This document shows, in pieces, positions 26,001-38,000 of a stretch of DNA of 64,000 nt. The position numbers and the translations under genes were made by a program. Source of the stretch: Amoebophrya sp. A120 (Eukaryota > Protista > Dinoflagellata). Below the pieces are notes generated by a model. That model saw nothing but the letters and a program-made list of their open reading frames with translations, searched no databases and was not told the origin of the DNA. Location: NCBI GenBank assembly GCA_905178155.1, contig CAJINV010000012.1, positions 2,763,765-2,827,764 of the forward strand, written 5' to 3'. Every line of letters starts with the position of its first letter. The stretch's first letter is position 1.

Positions 26001-29000
26001 AGGTGGGAATCGGAATCCACTAGTGGGTAGGGGGGGAGTTTGATATCATTTGGACTTTGCTGATTTATTTGTTGAAACTGCTCGTACACCGCCAAGTCGG
26101 CTTCGTATTGCAAGAAAGCGAGGATCTCTTCTTCCGTTGAGTTCTCATTCACGGTGAGATTCAGGTTGGAATGAGCGGCGAAGTTTCTCGGGTGGTAGTA
26201 CCCGGGATTTAAATATCGCTCGTCGTAATTCGGGTAATTGTAGTTGTTTTTGCTGTTTGATATTTCTATGCTGGAATTCAGCAGACTGTTCAACCCCAGC
26301 TCGTACCTCGCATCGCATATTTTCAGTGCCGTGCTGGTCACAATCTCGTACCCGGGCAGAGAGTATGAATTGCAAAACCAGCAAAAGTGTCTGGGTCTGG
26401 AAACTTGTGATGCAAGAAAGGGAATAGTGAACTCACTATGATGCGCTGCCAAGCATGACAAGTTTTTTTCATGGATCTGAGTTGCGTAATCCGCATGAAA
26501 CACTGCGCTTTTGCATGACAGGGAGGAGGAGCTCTTCGCGGCCATGCAACACAGAGTTCAGAGTCATGCCAGACTAGCATGCCAAGTCTCAGAATCTTCC
26601 AGGCCCAGACATTTTTGCATTTGATAGAGAGGTTTTGTCGACGCTTGTGAAATTGTCGTTCGTGAGGAAAGTGGACAGATTGTAATTGAACAGATTTATC
26701 ACATTCCGCGCCACCTCGTGCCCGTTTGCGATGGTGGTTTCGATGGTTTTCTGCATTGTTTTCGCAGAAGAAGACGATGTTGCCGATGAAGCTGCCATGA
26801 GCGCGTTCAAACTGGTGTCGGATTCCAAAAACGCACCGCAGACCTCGCCGAGTTGACAAATTGTCAAGGGCAGCGTCGTGTCAACTGCAAAAATGTCTGG
26901 ATCTGGAAGAATGCAGATTTTTGTCATGCTGTTTTTGCATGACACAAAATGTCTGTCATGGAAGCCCTAGCATCACAGATTTCGAGAAGCTTCGGCATTG
27001 CTTATTCCGCATGACAAATCCCCCATTTTGGTGACAGGAAATGGGCGCCCTTTGCTGCCTATGCATGAGCGATTTGTCTGTGTTGTGAAATGCGCATCAC
27101 AAGTTCGCATCCTTCCAGACCCAGACATATTTGCATTTGATACTTCGCACTGTCGAAGGGTGAGAAGAATTCGACGCTGCGAGTAGTCGGGTCAGCAGAG
27201 GTTGATTTTTCAGCCGTGTTCTTGTCGGAAGCACTGCTGGTTTCCTTCACCACAATCGATTGCAACGATGTTGTATCTGCCGTTTCTCCAACACCAACGT
27301 CTCCGTATGTTACAAACTCGATCGATTTTGTTCCCACGCCAGGGCCTGGTCCTACTATTCCGTCTATCTGTTGTCCTGAAGGCGGTCCTCGTCCCTCTCC
27401 CTTCTGTAGCACCGTCGGCACGATTTTCCCAGCCTCCCGAATGGGCTCGTCTAACAAATCGTTTGCGGCAGAAGTTGTTGGCACGGTGTAGTTGTTGAAG
27501 CCGAAACTTTCATACAAAACACTCATGTTCGCGACATCCACGGCGAATTGCTTCATGATCATCGTCGGGTCCACAACAGCCCGCTCGTACTGCGTCGTGT
27601 TTTCAAACACGGAAGACGTTACACCGATCATCACCGGGAGTTTGATAAACGACCCCGCTGCTTGGGTTTTTTCCTCTTCCGAAAACGGGAGCCTGGTGGT
27701 TTTTCGCGTCACAAGCTTGGCGGAGGTGGAAACTGCCGCGCCGCTGGGGTCGTCGAACACGGTGCCGGCCTCGGTGATGCCTGATGATAAATTGTAAGTA
27801 CTGGATCGATTTTCTTTTCGCAAGTGGAGAAATCTCTGTCTACACACACAAGGTTGACTTTGCATTTGGTTCAGGACATGAACGTTTGCACTTTGCGAAG
27901 ATACTAGCAGAACTACTACAACATACAGACACACACACACATACCTAGCGTGTCGTTCCCCCCGACCGAAAAGAAATCGCCGACCAGCAACTGCCGTTGC
28001 GCTTGATGATAGGTCAGGCTGGTTGTTGCAGCACTCACTTGTTCCGCTCCCGGATAGAGTAAATACGCCCCCATGTTGTTCACGGTTTCAATCTCCCTCG
28101 AGCCCGTGTCCAAAAATTCCGCAATGTTGATTCCTAACTTTTGACTCGACAGCTCCTGGTCTAAGCCTAGAAAATAATTCATGGACGCGTACCGCTGCGA
28201 GATTGTGGTTTCCGACGCAGAAGATACCGCTATGTTGCTAGAAAAATCTGTAGAGCTGCTGTCGTATACCATGGCCGGGTCGTGTTCAAAAATCGCCGCT
28301 TCAAGTGACGTGTTCTTCTTCCCCACAGTGCTGTCCCGCAGCCGCAAGTAGTCGTACTGACCGGTGAACACGTTTGCGAAATTCAGTTGCGAGTTAGGCA
28401 CGTGCTCGGTCGTCAGCTTCAGGAAAGTGTTGTTATCCGCCTTCGCTGTTGTCGTGTTCGCGTCGGCATTGTGCCTGTAATTCGGCCCATCGACGGTCAA
28501 GAAAGCGCGGATGGACTGTTGCAGGGCGGTTGTCGTGTTGAAAGTGAGAGGGGCTGTTGCGTTACTTGATGTTGCAGTTGATGTTCCGGTCTGATTTATT
28601 TTCCCATCTACATCCTCCACGACTCTCATCGCCAGCACGCTGACGCAAATTCCGTACACTCCGATGGAGAAAGGCAACACGACGAGTGGCACTTTCCCGT
28701 AGTTGCTGTCGTATTTCTCCGTGGAAGATCTCCGATGGGCAAGCTGTAAAATATCAAGTGTAAAAATGTCTGGGTCTGGAAGAATGTGAGATCTGTGATG
28801 CATATTTTGCATGGTATGGTATGGTATGGTATGGTATGAGGCTTGCGCCCTCCAGGTACATGGTCCATAATGCCTGTGATGCATGGCCTAGCATCACATA
28901 TTTTTCAAGCGCTTGCTCATGCCTATTCCGCATGACAAATGCCATCTCCGCGGAGCACAAAGTCTCCTCCTCTTACTCTTAGTGGTCAGGCAATACAAAA

Positions 29001-32000
29001 TTTTTTCGAATCCAGAGACAGCATCACAGGTTTAGAATCTTCCAGACCCAGACATTTTTGAATACCATATAAAAGGGTCTGATGCGATGAATTCGTTAGA
29101 ATTTCTTCTTCCAAAGCTTCTCTGGTCGTCGTTGTGCTAGAACTGCTTCCACCTCCGACTTCGTCTCCGAGCATCTTCGTCACTTCTGAACTTAAAGTTT
29201 TCACGTCTTCAAAACCGGATAAAATCTTCACCCGACTCGAATTCGAACTCTGAGCGCAGTTGTTGCTCTGGTCTTCCGCGATTGTGATAATTGGGTGGTA
29301 GAGAATGTTTTTGTCAGCAGCAGTTTTGGTTGAATTTGTGGTACTGCTGTCGTTGCTTCCCGTACTACTGTTGGATGAACCTGTGCTGGTACTACTGCTG
29401 CTCTCCGTCGCCAACTTTGCCTCTTCCACTGCTTTTAGAACGATTGCTTCCAAACCTTGCAACTGACAAACACTTCCCAAATTGCAGTGAAAATCCGTAT
29501 CGAAAGACATGAATCCGGCCCGGACCCAAGGATAGAGCTGGTTGTTGCTGGTTCTTGTTTCGCTGGTAGAACTAGAAGCATCAGCATCTTCCTCGCTGCT
29601 TTTCCAGCACACCGTCAAATTGTCTCTCCTGTGGAACTTGGGCATGGAGTTCAAAGCGGTTTCTGGCAGCGTGAACTGCGCGATCATATCGCTTTGTCCT
29701 GCTAAAATCTCGTTCGGCGGAAAGGTCATGTACGGGTTCAAACTATTCAACCGATTCAACTGTCCGCTGTTGTAGATGCTGAGCATCGCGTGCGTCGGGT
29801 TCGAGTCCGTCGTATTTAAACCAGAATACTGTCGCTCGTTGTCTGGCCGCACGTCCTGGATAGTAACAGCGCCAGAGGTTGCTGAAGGGTCTTCACCCGC
29901 ATCAACGCTACTGTCGTCCGATGTACCAGCTGTTGCTTTCTCGTCTTTCACAAACTCGACCAAGTTCCCATTGTACAAAATGTGCGGGCTATTGCAGTCG
30001 TAGTCGTCTACAATGCGGATCAGATTCTTTGACGTGTCGGGTGCAGTAGTTTCATTCGACGAATTTGTCATGCTATCCTCGGAAGTAGAGAATTCGTCGA
30101 CAAGACCCGTGCCGCCAGTGGAATTCGTATCGTTGCCACCAACCGCTGTCACTGCCTTCGATGGCACCGCGTGCTTCTGGAAGAAATCACCGGCGAATTG
30201 TAGTGCACACGCAGATGAACTCGAAGAAGTAGAAGACGAGGAAGACGTAAACGAATACCCGCACTTCTGCACTAGCCCCAAATTCTGATCCAGCGGGCCA
30301 TAGAACTTCATGGGACTGAGTAAGACCTCGTTGTCCGACCAACACAATTCGTAATTCGTGAACGTCGGCAGAGAAGTGGACAATCCGAAATCGAATTTGA
30401 ACAAAGTTTTGTTCTGGTACTATCAAATGCAAAAATGTCTGGGTCTGGGAGGATGGAACTTGTCATGGTAAATCTGAAGCATGCAAAAATCTGTGTTTCA
30501 TGAGTGCCAAAAGCGGCACACTTTTGACCAAGTTGGAAGGGAGTTCTCTTGCAGGATAGGCATGGCAGAGACCTCGCAGGGTCTGTCATGCCAAGTCCCG
30601 CATTCCAGACCTCATGGCCATGGGTCATGGAAAATCTGCATGACAAGTCTACACTTTTCCAGGCCCCGACATTTTTGCACTTGATAGGTACTCTTCGAGG
30701 ATAAAACTGTTGGACTCCACTTCGATAGAATTCAAAAGGAGATCCGTACTGTAAGAACCTTCAGAGGAAGAATTTGCTGATGCTGTTGTAGTGTTTTGCA
30801 TCGCCCCAAGACCCGCAGAGGTGGACGACAGTTGCTCCAACAAAGCGTTCCCATAAAACAACTCCCCACTATCCACGACCGTCGGCGGTATCATCGTTTT
30901 CTCCTCCGTTAACAGCAATCCAGCACTCGACTTCCCCGCAAACCCGCCTGCTAATTTCAGATCCACCACTTGTGGCAAGCGGACAGACTCCACAAGCAAA
31001 TCCGGCCTGGACCAAGTACTGTCGAAGGGGAAGTTCGGGTTTTGGAATTGAATTCCCGCGGTGATGTTTCTACTGGCGAGTAGATAATCCGTCGGGAGGT
31101 AGGAAATGTACCCCGTTTCGTCCAGGTTTTCGAACAAATTGTAGTTCTGCTGGTTCAAATCCGCTAACGTGGGTTTGTACCCATACGGCAGGAAATTCGG
31201 CTCGAAATTGATGCCGTACGGGGTCGGGAGAGGAGCGGGAGTGGTTGTTGGCGTGTTGTGTGAGAGTCTACGAAGACGTCTTCCCGCGGAGTAGGGAAGG
31301 GGGTCGTTCGCTGCATCGGTGAAGCTTCTGTCGTACAGGCGGTTTTGCTCTCTTAATGCTTTGCTCTTCTGCTCTTCCTGCTGCAAAAAGAGTAAGGTGT
31401 CGTTTAGATTGCACTTTTTCCGAATTTTGAAGAAGTTTGTTTCCTTCGTGAAGTCTTGTTCCTTTCCGACAAACGGGACCGCAATGGAGCAGGTTTTGCC
31501 GATGAAACAGCTGTGGAATTCGAAGTGATTGAGTGTCGGGTCGTCTGTCACCGTTGTTTTCGTGGCGTCGACTGAAGCAGCTGCGGATGATACTGATGAT
31601 GATGAATCTGTGGCATTTATGGCAGAGTCGACGGCTTCTTCCTCCTCCAGCCCCGCTAATGAAGAAGCACGCAGAGCGCTCGTCGATTGATTGCTGCTAT
31701 TACTGGTTCCATTCACATCCACATCTGTCGCGTTGCTTGCATTCGCCACAGCACTGGCGTCGGCAGTTGTTCCAGCAGAAGTGCCCGATCCTGTCTCCAT
31801 CCCTTTCTCGAAAAAGAACCCCGCCGCTTCCAGCTCATACCGTTTCATCAATAACTTGACCGTTTCGTTCGGGATCACCGGCCCGAGAAGTTGGAAACTC
31901 CCAACGATAACCCACTCGTACTTGATCTTCTCATCTAACATTCCCGCCATCTCATTCAAGGAGTTATCCACGTGCCAGTACATCCGGTAATCTCGACTCG

Positions 32001-35000
32001 CATTTGCGAACGGGCGGCCCAAGTCGAAAACTTCCTTTTCCCGGAAGACGGATTCTGGGTACTGCGGGTTGTTCGGGAAACCGAGAAAATTGTCGAGCTG
32101 GAGCTCCACCGCTTCGGAAACGAGTTCCTTGATCGTGAAATTCGGATCGGGGATGTATTGCACAGTGCTATTAGAAGATGTTCCATTTGCCATGCTCGAG
32201 CTTGCATTCCCGGTCGTAGTACTGCTTCCTATATCAAATGCAAAAATGTCTGGGTCTGGAAGAGTGTAAGCTTGTCATGCAGGTTTTCCATGACCCATCA
32301 GGTCTGGAATGCGGGACCTAGCATGACAGTGTCTGTGAGGTCTCTATGGAACGTAGGTGTACTACCGCTACCGGGATATTGCATGCACTACCGGGTTAGT
32401 CAAGGTACCCCAATTTTGAAAAGTCAAGGTCAGCGCTACAAAAAAGTCAAGGTCGGGAAATCCGATGAAACAGGCAGCACGGGCCAAAAGGCGACAAAAC
32501 CGAACCCGTTCGGCCTGGCTCCGTCTCAAGATTGGCCGGGCGGCGGTTCTCAGCCTTTCGGCCCGCGCTGGCGGGCTTTCACAACCGCGCGACCACTCGC
32601 TCGCCCTTGTTGGGTGTGGGCATTCGTCACTCCCAGCGGGCTAGCACCTGCGGCGCCGCCCGTGGGCGTCTACTCCTTTCTCACATCTATCATACCATCG
32701 TGTAACGCGCGTTACACGAGCGGTCTATGCTTCCCGTTTGTCTGCAAGTTGTCGCAGAGGCTACAGAGGGGCGGGCGCTCCGAATCTTTCCGACCCCTCC
32801 CCCTGGAGTGTCGAGGGTGATCTTTCCAGGATCTTAATGGGACCTCTTCGGGCACCCCGCTGGTGCCGGCGAACTACTTCTCAGCAGCCCTGCCTTCGCC
32901 TTCTCAGCAGCGCCATATTCGGAGGGGCCGGGGGAAAACAAGCGGCAGCTGCAGCATTTGCGAGCGAGCGAGGACCAAGTACAGGGGGACCAACGGGGAT
33001 CGACGGCGCCGCGCGGGCTCCAAGCGATCCCCCGGCTATCCAGGAACTCCCGGGGCACTGGCTACAGGGCTTCTGACTCGTAGCGCCCTATGCCTCTCGA
33101 TGGGGTTAGGCCTTTTGTAGAACTTGTAGAAATTAGAAAGGGCTGCAGCGCGGGCAAACGTAGTGCTCACGCAGCGCGGGCCGAAGGGCTAGGAGCCGGC
33201 CCCTGTTGTGCTTCGCAAGGCACCGCCAGCGCGGGCCGGAGGGCTAGGAGCCGCCGCCCGGGCGGCCAATCTTGAGGCAGAGCCAGGCCGAACGGGTTCG
33301 GTTTTGTCGCGTTTTGGCTCCTGTTGTGCTTCGCAGATCACCGCCAGCGCGGGCCGAAAGGCTGGGAACCGCCGCCCGGCCAATCTTGAGGCGGAGCCAG
33401 GCCGAACGGGTTCGGTTTTGTCGCGTTTTGGCTACTGTTGTGCTTCGCAGATCACCGCCAGCGCGGGCCGAAAGGCTGGGAACCGCCGCCCGGCTCCTCT
33501 TGAATGAGGCAGACCGAGGCCGAACGGGTTCGGTTTTGTCGCCTTTTGGCTCCTGTTGTGCTTCGCAGATCACCGCCAGCGCCGGACGAAGCCAGGGCTG
33601 GGAACCGCCGCCCGGCCAATCTTGGGAGGCAGAGCCAGGCCGAACGGGTTCGGCTTTGGTCGGTTTTGGCTCCTGTTGTGCTTCGCAGATCACCGCCAGC
33701 GCGGGCCGAAGGGCAGGGAGCCGCCGCCCGGCCAATCTTGAGGCAGAGCCAGGCCGAACGGGTTCGGTTTTGTCGCCTTTTGGCTCGCGCTGTGCTTCGC
33801 AGATCACCGCCAGCGCGGGCCGAAGGGCGAGGAACCGCCGCCCGGCCTCATAGCCTCCGGGACGGACTAGGCGTCGACATGGGGCGCGGCGCTGCTGGAG
33901 CGCCACCACCTCCACTGGAGGTGGTTGCTTCGGCCGCTCAGAAGGCCGACACTTCAACTGTAGACCTCGTCCGGGCTCATCTTCTTCTTTCTCATCCGCC
34001 TCGTCGATCGTGGAGGCTATTTGAAGGAGGAGCTCTCCTTCAACGAGGAGCTCTCCTTCAACACCCGATGGCTCTGGTTCTGCTCCTCGCACTGCAGAAG
34101 AAGGCGGGGCGGCTCCTCTCGGCTGCACCTCGTTGGCCCACTCGAACAACAGCTACTGCTTTTCAAATCGACGTGCTGTGTCGGCCATGCGAAAGAGGTT
34201 TCGGGAGCGCCGTTTTTGATAGTACTACCGAGATAATAATCATGGACTCCACTCGGATCGCGACAAATTTCGCGACCTCGGGAGCAGTTTCGGGACAGTT
34301 TTTTTTTGTTTTTTCATTGAGAACGCATTTAATATCCAGGTAGTGCAAAGATCTGAAAACCACCGTAGCATGGGTGTTCGGGTTTGCACTACCGCACGAA
34401 AAATAATGGGTAAAAGTCAGCCACTACCGGAATCTGCGGGAATTAATATCCAGGTAGTGCATTGAAAAAGTAGATCGGTAGTACAAAGCCTTAAAATCCA
34501 CCATACCATTGGGAATATGCCTTTCACTACCGTACAAAACCGATAAGGGAAAAGCGACGCACTACCGTGGTGCCGGTCCGACGAATTTTGGTCGTCGGTT
34601 ATCCCGGTAGTGCGTCGTCTTTTCGTACGGTAGTGCAACGCGTTTCCCCCATGCTATGGTGGTTTAGAAGTTTTTCGACTACCGGGATAATAACTCACAA
34701 ACGCGGCAGCTCGGATTCAACTCCGATTCGGGTCTGAACACGTTGAAAATCAACGTTTCTTATTCCGGTAGTGGAATGAAAAAAGTGACTATTTTTTGGC
34801 CTCAATCTCTTGGGAAGAGCTCCGCTCTCGCGCCTCTGGCCTCTGCTCTGTCTCCCCAGCCTCTTGGGGCGAGCGCTGAGGCGCCAACCAGGAAGCCGCC
34901 GGCTCGTCTTCAGACACGGTTGGCCACCCGATTTTCTCCGGTTGGGAGGGTCGAGGAGCGCCGCAGCTCTTGACGCTGCGGGCGCGCAACTGCTCGGCGG

Positions 35001-38000
35001 GCTCCTCAATCTCTTGAGTCGAGCGCCGCTCTTGGCAGACGCCCTGCCGAGGCGTCCAGCGCGACTATTTCCGTCGATTTGGACCGCCCAAAAAGGGGCG
35101 CCGGAAAATGCCAAGGCGAAAAAAGCGGAGGCCGCATGGTACGGGCCCCATTTCGGTCCACTTTTGGAGGTTGCAAAGAAAGGAAAGCCGGCTCGCCAAA
35201 AGCTAAACGCTGACCCGCATTGTAGTCGCTTTTTTCCGAAAAATGGGAAAGTGAAGGTAAAACGAAGCTAAAAACTGCATCCGGGCAAAAAATTCGCCAA
35301 AAAGCGATTTTTTTGCCCGAGTGCAGTTTTTAGCAGAGTTATTCTGACTACCCGGTTTTCCTTTTGCTCAATGGAGCAATGTGCACCGGCCTTAAGGGTG
35401 GACTCGAGCTGTCAGCGCGCAAGTCGCCGGAACCGGGGGGGGCCCCCCCCGGGGCAGCTTCCGGCCGCTCGTGGGCCCCGGGCGGAGGCGGGAGGGACGC
35501 CTTCGGAGCCCCGTCCGGGTGGTCCGCCAGCCAGCGGGGAGCTGCTGGCGCGGAGTTGGTCATGAAAAAGATGGCACGAAAAAGCCCGGTCGATTTTGCT
35601 CATTGTCCCCGCATTGGGGACAATGAGCATGAGCAAAATCGGCCAGGCTTTTGCTCGCCATCTTGTTCATGACCAACTCCGAGCAGCCCGCTGCAGCTGA
35701 ACCCCCGGACGAGGCTCCGAAGGCGTCCACCCCGCCCCATGCGTGGGGCCCAGGCATGGGGCGGGGGGGACGCCTTCGGAGCCTCGTCCGGGGGTTCAGC
35801 TGCAGCGGACTGCTCGCTTCATGCTGAACAGTTGCGCGCTGACAGCTCGAATCCACCCTTAAGGCCGGTGCACATTGCTCCAACCATCGAGCAAAAGGAA
35901 AGCCGGGTAGTCAGAATAGCTCTGCTAAACTCCAAGCAAAAATGACAATGCAGCCACAAGGACAAGTCTGTCATGCAAAAACTCAAATGGAGTTGCGCTC
36001 TTGCTGCACCTCCATCTGGGGTTTTGCATGAAATGCTTTTCTTAGTGGTTGCATTTTTGTCATTTGTCCTGCGCCACCCCCTTCCCAATGTCCACGACTA
36101 CCACGAAAAAACTACAGAAGCGCACCAGATAGGGGGGCAGAAGGAGAGTGTCCGCCTGTTTCATCGGATTTCCCGACCTTGACTTTTTTGTAGCGCTGAC
36201 CTTGACTTTTCAAAATTGGGGTACCTTGACTAGCCCGGTAGTACATGCAATATCCCGGTAGCGGTAGTACACCTACGCTCCATAGTCTCTTCCATGCCTA
36301 TCCTGCATGAGAAACTCCCCCCAAACTTGGTCGAAAGTGGACAGCTTTTGGCACTCATGCAACACAGATTTCTGCATGCTTCGGATTTAGCATGACAAGT
36401 CGCAATCTTCCAGACCCCGACATTTTTGCAATCCATATCCCATACCACCCGTGTCATCCTCGTCGTTCATCAACGCGATGGTTGGCGCCCACTGGTAGGA
36501 GTAGGATGTGGCTGTGGACATCACACTTGTAGTACCATTCGTAGTTCCGTTGCTGCCATTTACAGTACCTTCTTGACCACCGGCTAAAGCTGATCCCGCA
36601 TTATTGTTCACCATCACCCGAAACGGTTTCAGACGGTCGAAATTCAAGATTTTCAACCGGTTGAAGCTCTGCAGCGCCACGCCGCTCAACTCGACTTTGC
36701 ACGACTCCCCCAATTTGCACACAAACCCCGTGTCTCCATCCGCTGCGGTCAAAGACTTCACTTTCGGGCCTTGCAACACCAAAACATCCGTGGAAATTTC
36801 TTGTTTTACCGCTGTCTCCCCCCAATAGAGCGAGTAAACGCCGGGGGTTGCGATCTGGTCATTTGTCGTACCTATCGGGCCGAAGCTGTAGAGTCGGTTC
36901 CTCAAGTCTGGTTGCACTTGGACGGGGTTCGCGGGAAGGAAGTTTAAAGAACTACTTCCTGTTGTCACAACGGGAACCCCCTCAACAACTTCCACCATCT
37001 TCAAATGATTCGTTTCCGAAAATCTGTGCCCTTCCAGCCTGATCCGGCAATCCGTCACACCAATCGGGCAGCTGGACGGCCTGGCGCCGCCGAACAGCGG
37101 CCCCGTGAGGTGGAATTTTCCGAAAACCTCTCGATTCCGCCAACACAGCGCGTATTCGCCGACTATGCCCCGGTAGGGGGTTCCGAATTCGAACGTCATT
37201 TGGGCGGAGTTGATTGCTTGCTGAGTTTGTTCCGAAGTTGTACTGCTTGCAGAACTCGAACCTGAGTCCACCGGATTTGCGAAATTAGGTCCGTTGAAAA
37301 CCGGTAAAATCTGCTCCATGGAGGAGATCAGAGAAGATTGTTCTGTTTTTCCAAGCAGTCCGTAGCTCTCCCGGCACTCGCTCGCGCCCGTACTGGCGGC
37401 GGAGTCCAAAACGACGATGCTAACGGAGCGGTTTTGCAGTGGTGTGGTACTATCGTCATCCGTTCCGTTCGACATAATCGTTCCGTTCGACATAATTGTC
37501 CGCAAATACGTCCCACTTAAATTCGCCGCCGTACAGTCTTCCCCCAAAGCGCAATACACGTGCGTTTCCAGCGGACCGAAGAAAGTGACTTGCCCGATGT
37601 CGTACACTATCAACTGCAAAAGTATCGTACTCATAGTACTGCAATACAAATTCGCTCAGCATGACAAGTGAAATTTCTCATGCTGATTTAGCTTGAAAAA
37701 GAAATTTGTCTTGCATGACTGCGATCAGCACGAGTGGGAGTGCGATACTTGTTTTGCACTGGATAAAGACTGTCCCGGAGCTCGAACCGTCCGAAGTGGT
37801 TTGGAACACGTACTGCGGCACCCCGTCGAACTGGGCCTTCCAACGCGCTTGGTTCTGTGGGTCGTTCGAAATAGTCGCTGTGCTGGCCGCGGCCGCGGGG
37901 TCAACACTTTGGGAACTGGGCAGACTACTCGGAGCCGAAGTCGCGCTAGTACTGTGGTGCGCGCTGTGATCCATAGTACCAGCACTAGCACTGCTAGTAC

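Larger units (their letters stand above)
32345..36284. mobile_element. 3.94-kb TIR element nested in a family-C introner
   Basis: ~130-bp near-perfect TIRs (TATGGAACGTAGGTGTACTACCGCTACCGGG...GATGAAACAGGC, 32345-32475 vs ~36154-36284); exact TSD GTCTC. Confidence 0.9.
32232..36437. mobile_element. Introner, family C, enlarged to 4.2 kb by a nested element
   Basis: Family-C halves at 32232-32344 and 36285-36437; TSD TCCTA/TCCCA; removal gives GGMG|SSTTTGNASSSMANG. Confidence 0.88.

Noticed and set aside
32834-34149. Possible transposase or integrase remnant in the nested element (REFLDSRGIAW..; ORF 33244-34149)
   Set aside because: No DDE triad or downstream integrase motif seen; the long ORFs mostly translate the tandem array.
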